Origin: the human T2T-CHM13v2.0 reference genome, Homo sapiens
Direction: 5' to 3' (one strand)
Assembly (NCBI RefSeq): GCF_009914755.1
Contig: NC_060943.1
DNA length: 64,000 nucleotides
Below the pieces are notes generated by a model that saw only the letters and a list, made by a program, of their open reading frames with translations, ran no database searches and was not told the origin of the DNA. How positions within the stretch are numbered: position 1 is the first letter of the stretch; each line of letters opens with the position of its first letter. Positions 63,502 through 64,000 of this stretch are shown here, piece after piece. Position numbers and translations under genes: made by a program.

Positions 63502-64000
63502 TGAGTGGGGCTGGAATGGGAGGGGTGTGGGAGGGCTCCCAGAGCCTAACTACCTCAGTATTCACTGAATGAGTGGCTCAAATGGGCCACATCTGCTCTT
63601 TGAGCCTCAGTTTTCTTTTCTGTAAAGTGGGTGCAATTGGGTCTCTTTTCTGAGGTTAAATCAAGTAATTTGGAAAAAGCACCTGAGATAAAGTGAGTGT
63701 ATTACTATATTTCATGACTCTAAGATGCATAATGTTTCACATTTTAATGTCTTTGAAAACGAGATGTGTCTTATAATTGATGACTTATCATGGCTTAATT
63801 GGCAGCACTTTTGTCTTTCTTTGTGGTACATCTTATAATTGAGAGCATTTTAGATTTAGTCTAAATACCTAGACTATAAACTGAGCTTCAGTAGCAAAAA
63901 AGACCCAACAATCCAGTGGCCCAGATGAGGTCGAAGTTTGTTCCTCTCTCACGTAACAACCCTGATAAGGAGACTGCTGTTCCATGTGATCATTCAGGGA

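Overview
Human (primate) genomic DNA, very Alu-rich, recognisable from the encoded proteins as the 19q13.33 segment TMEM143 (minus strand, coding exons 1-6; the gene continues left of the window), SYNGR4 (plus strand, complete 234-aa CDS), KDELR1 (minus strand, complete 212-aa CDS) and GRIN2D (plus strand, two non-coding exons and the first two coding exons). I checked exon boundaries by eye for GT/AG and reading-frame continuity. The genes form two head-to-head pairs (TMEM143/SYNGR4 and KDELR1/GRIN2D). Other content: two roughly 16-unit arrays of the 37-bp chr19 MSR1 minisatellite, a young AluYb8-type insertion with a perfect TSD, LTR/L1/L2/MER fragments and simple repeats. I see no wholly new gene system. 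The most interesting unexplained structures are regulatory: (1) a ~1.12-kb zone with no AG dinucleotide before the first coding exon of GRIN2D, with a branch-point consensus at its far 5' end; (2) a splice-junction-spanning overlapping uORF whose stop abuts Met16 of GluN2D; (3) recurrent ACTACAnnTCCCA (ZNF143/THAP11-type) motifs arranged as inverted pairs behind TMEM143 donors and as decayed tandem arrays in a GRIN2D intron. Repeat family names are from visual recognition, not a database search.
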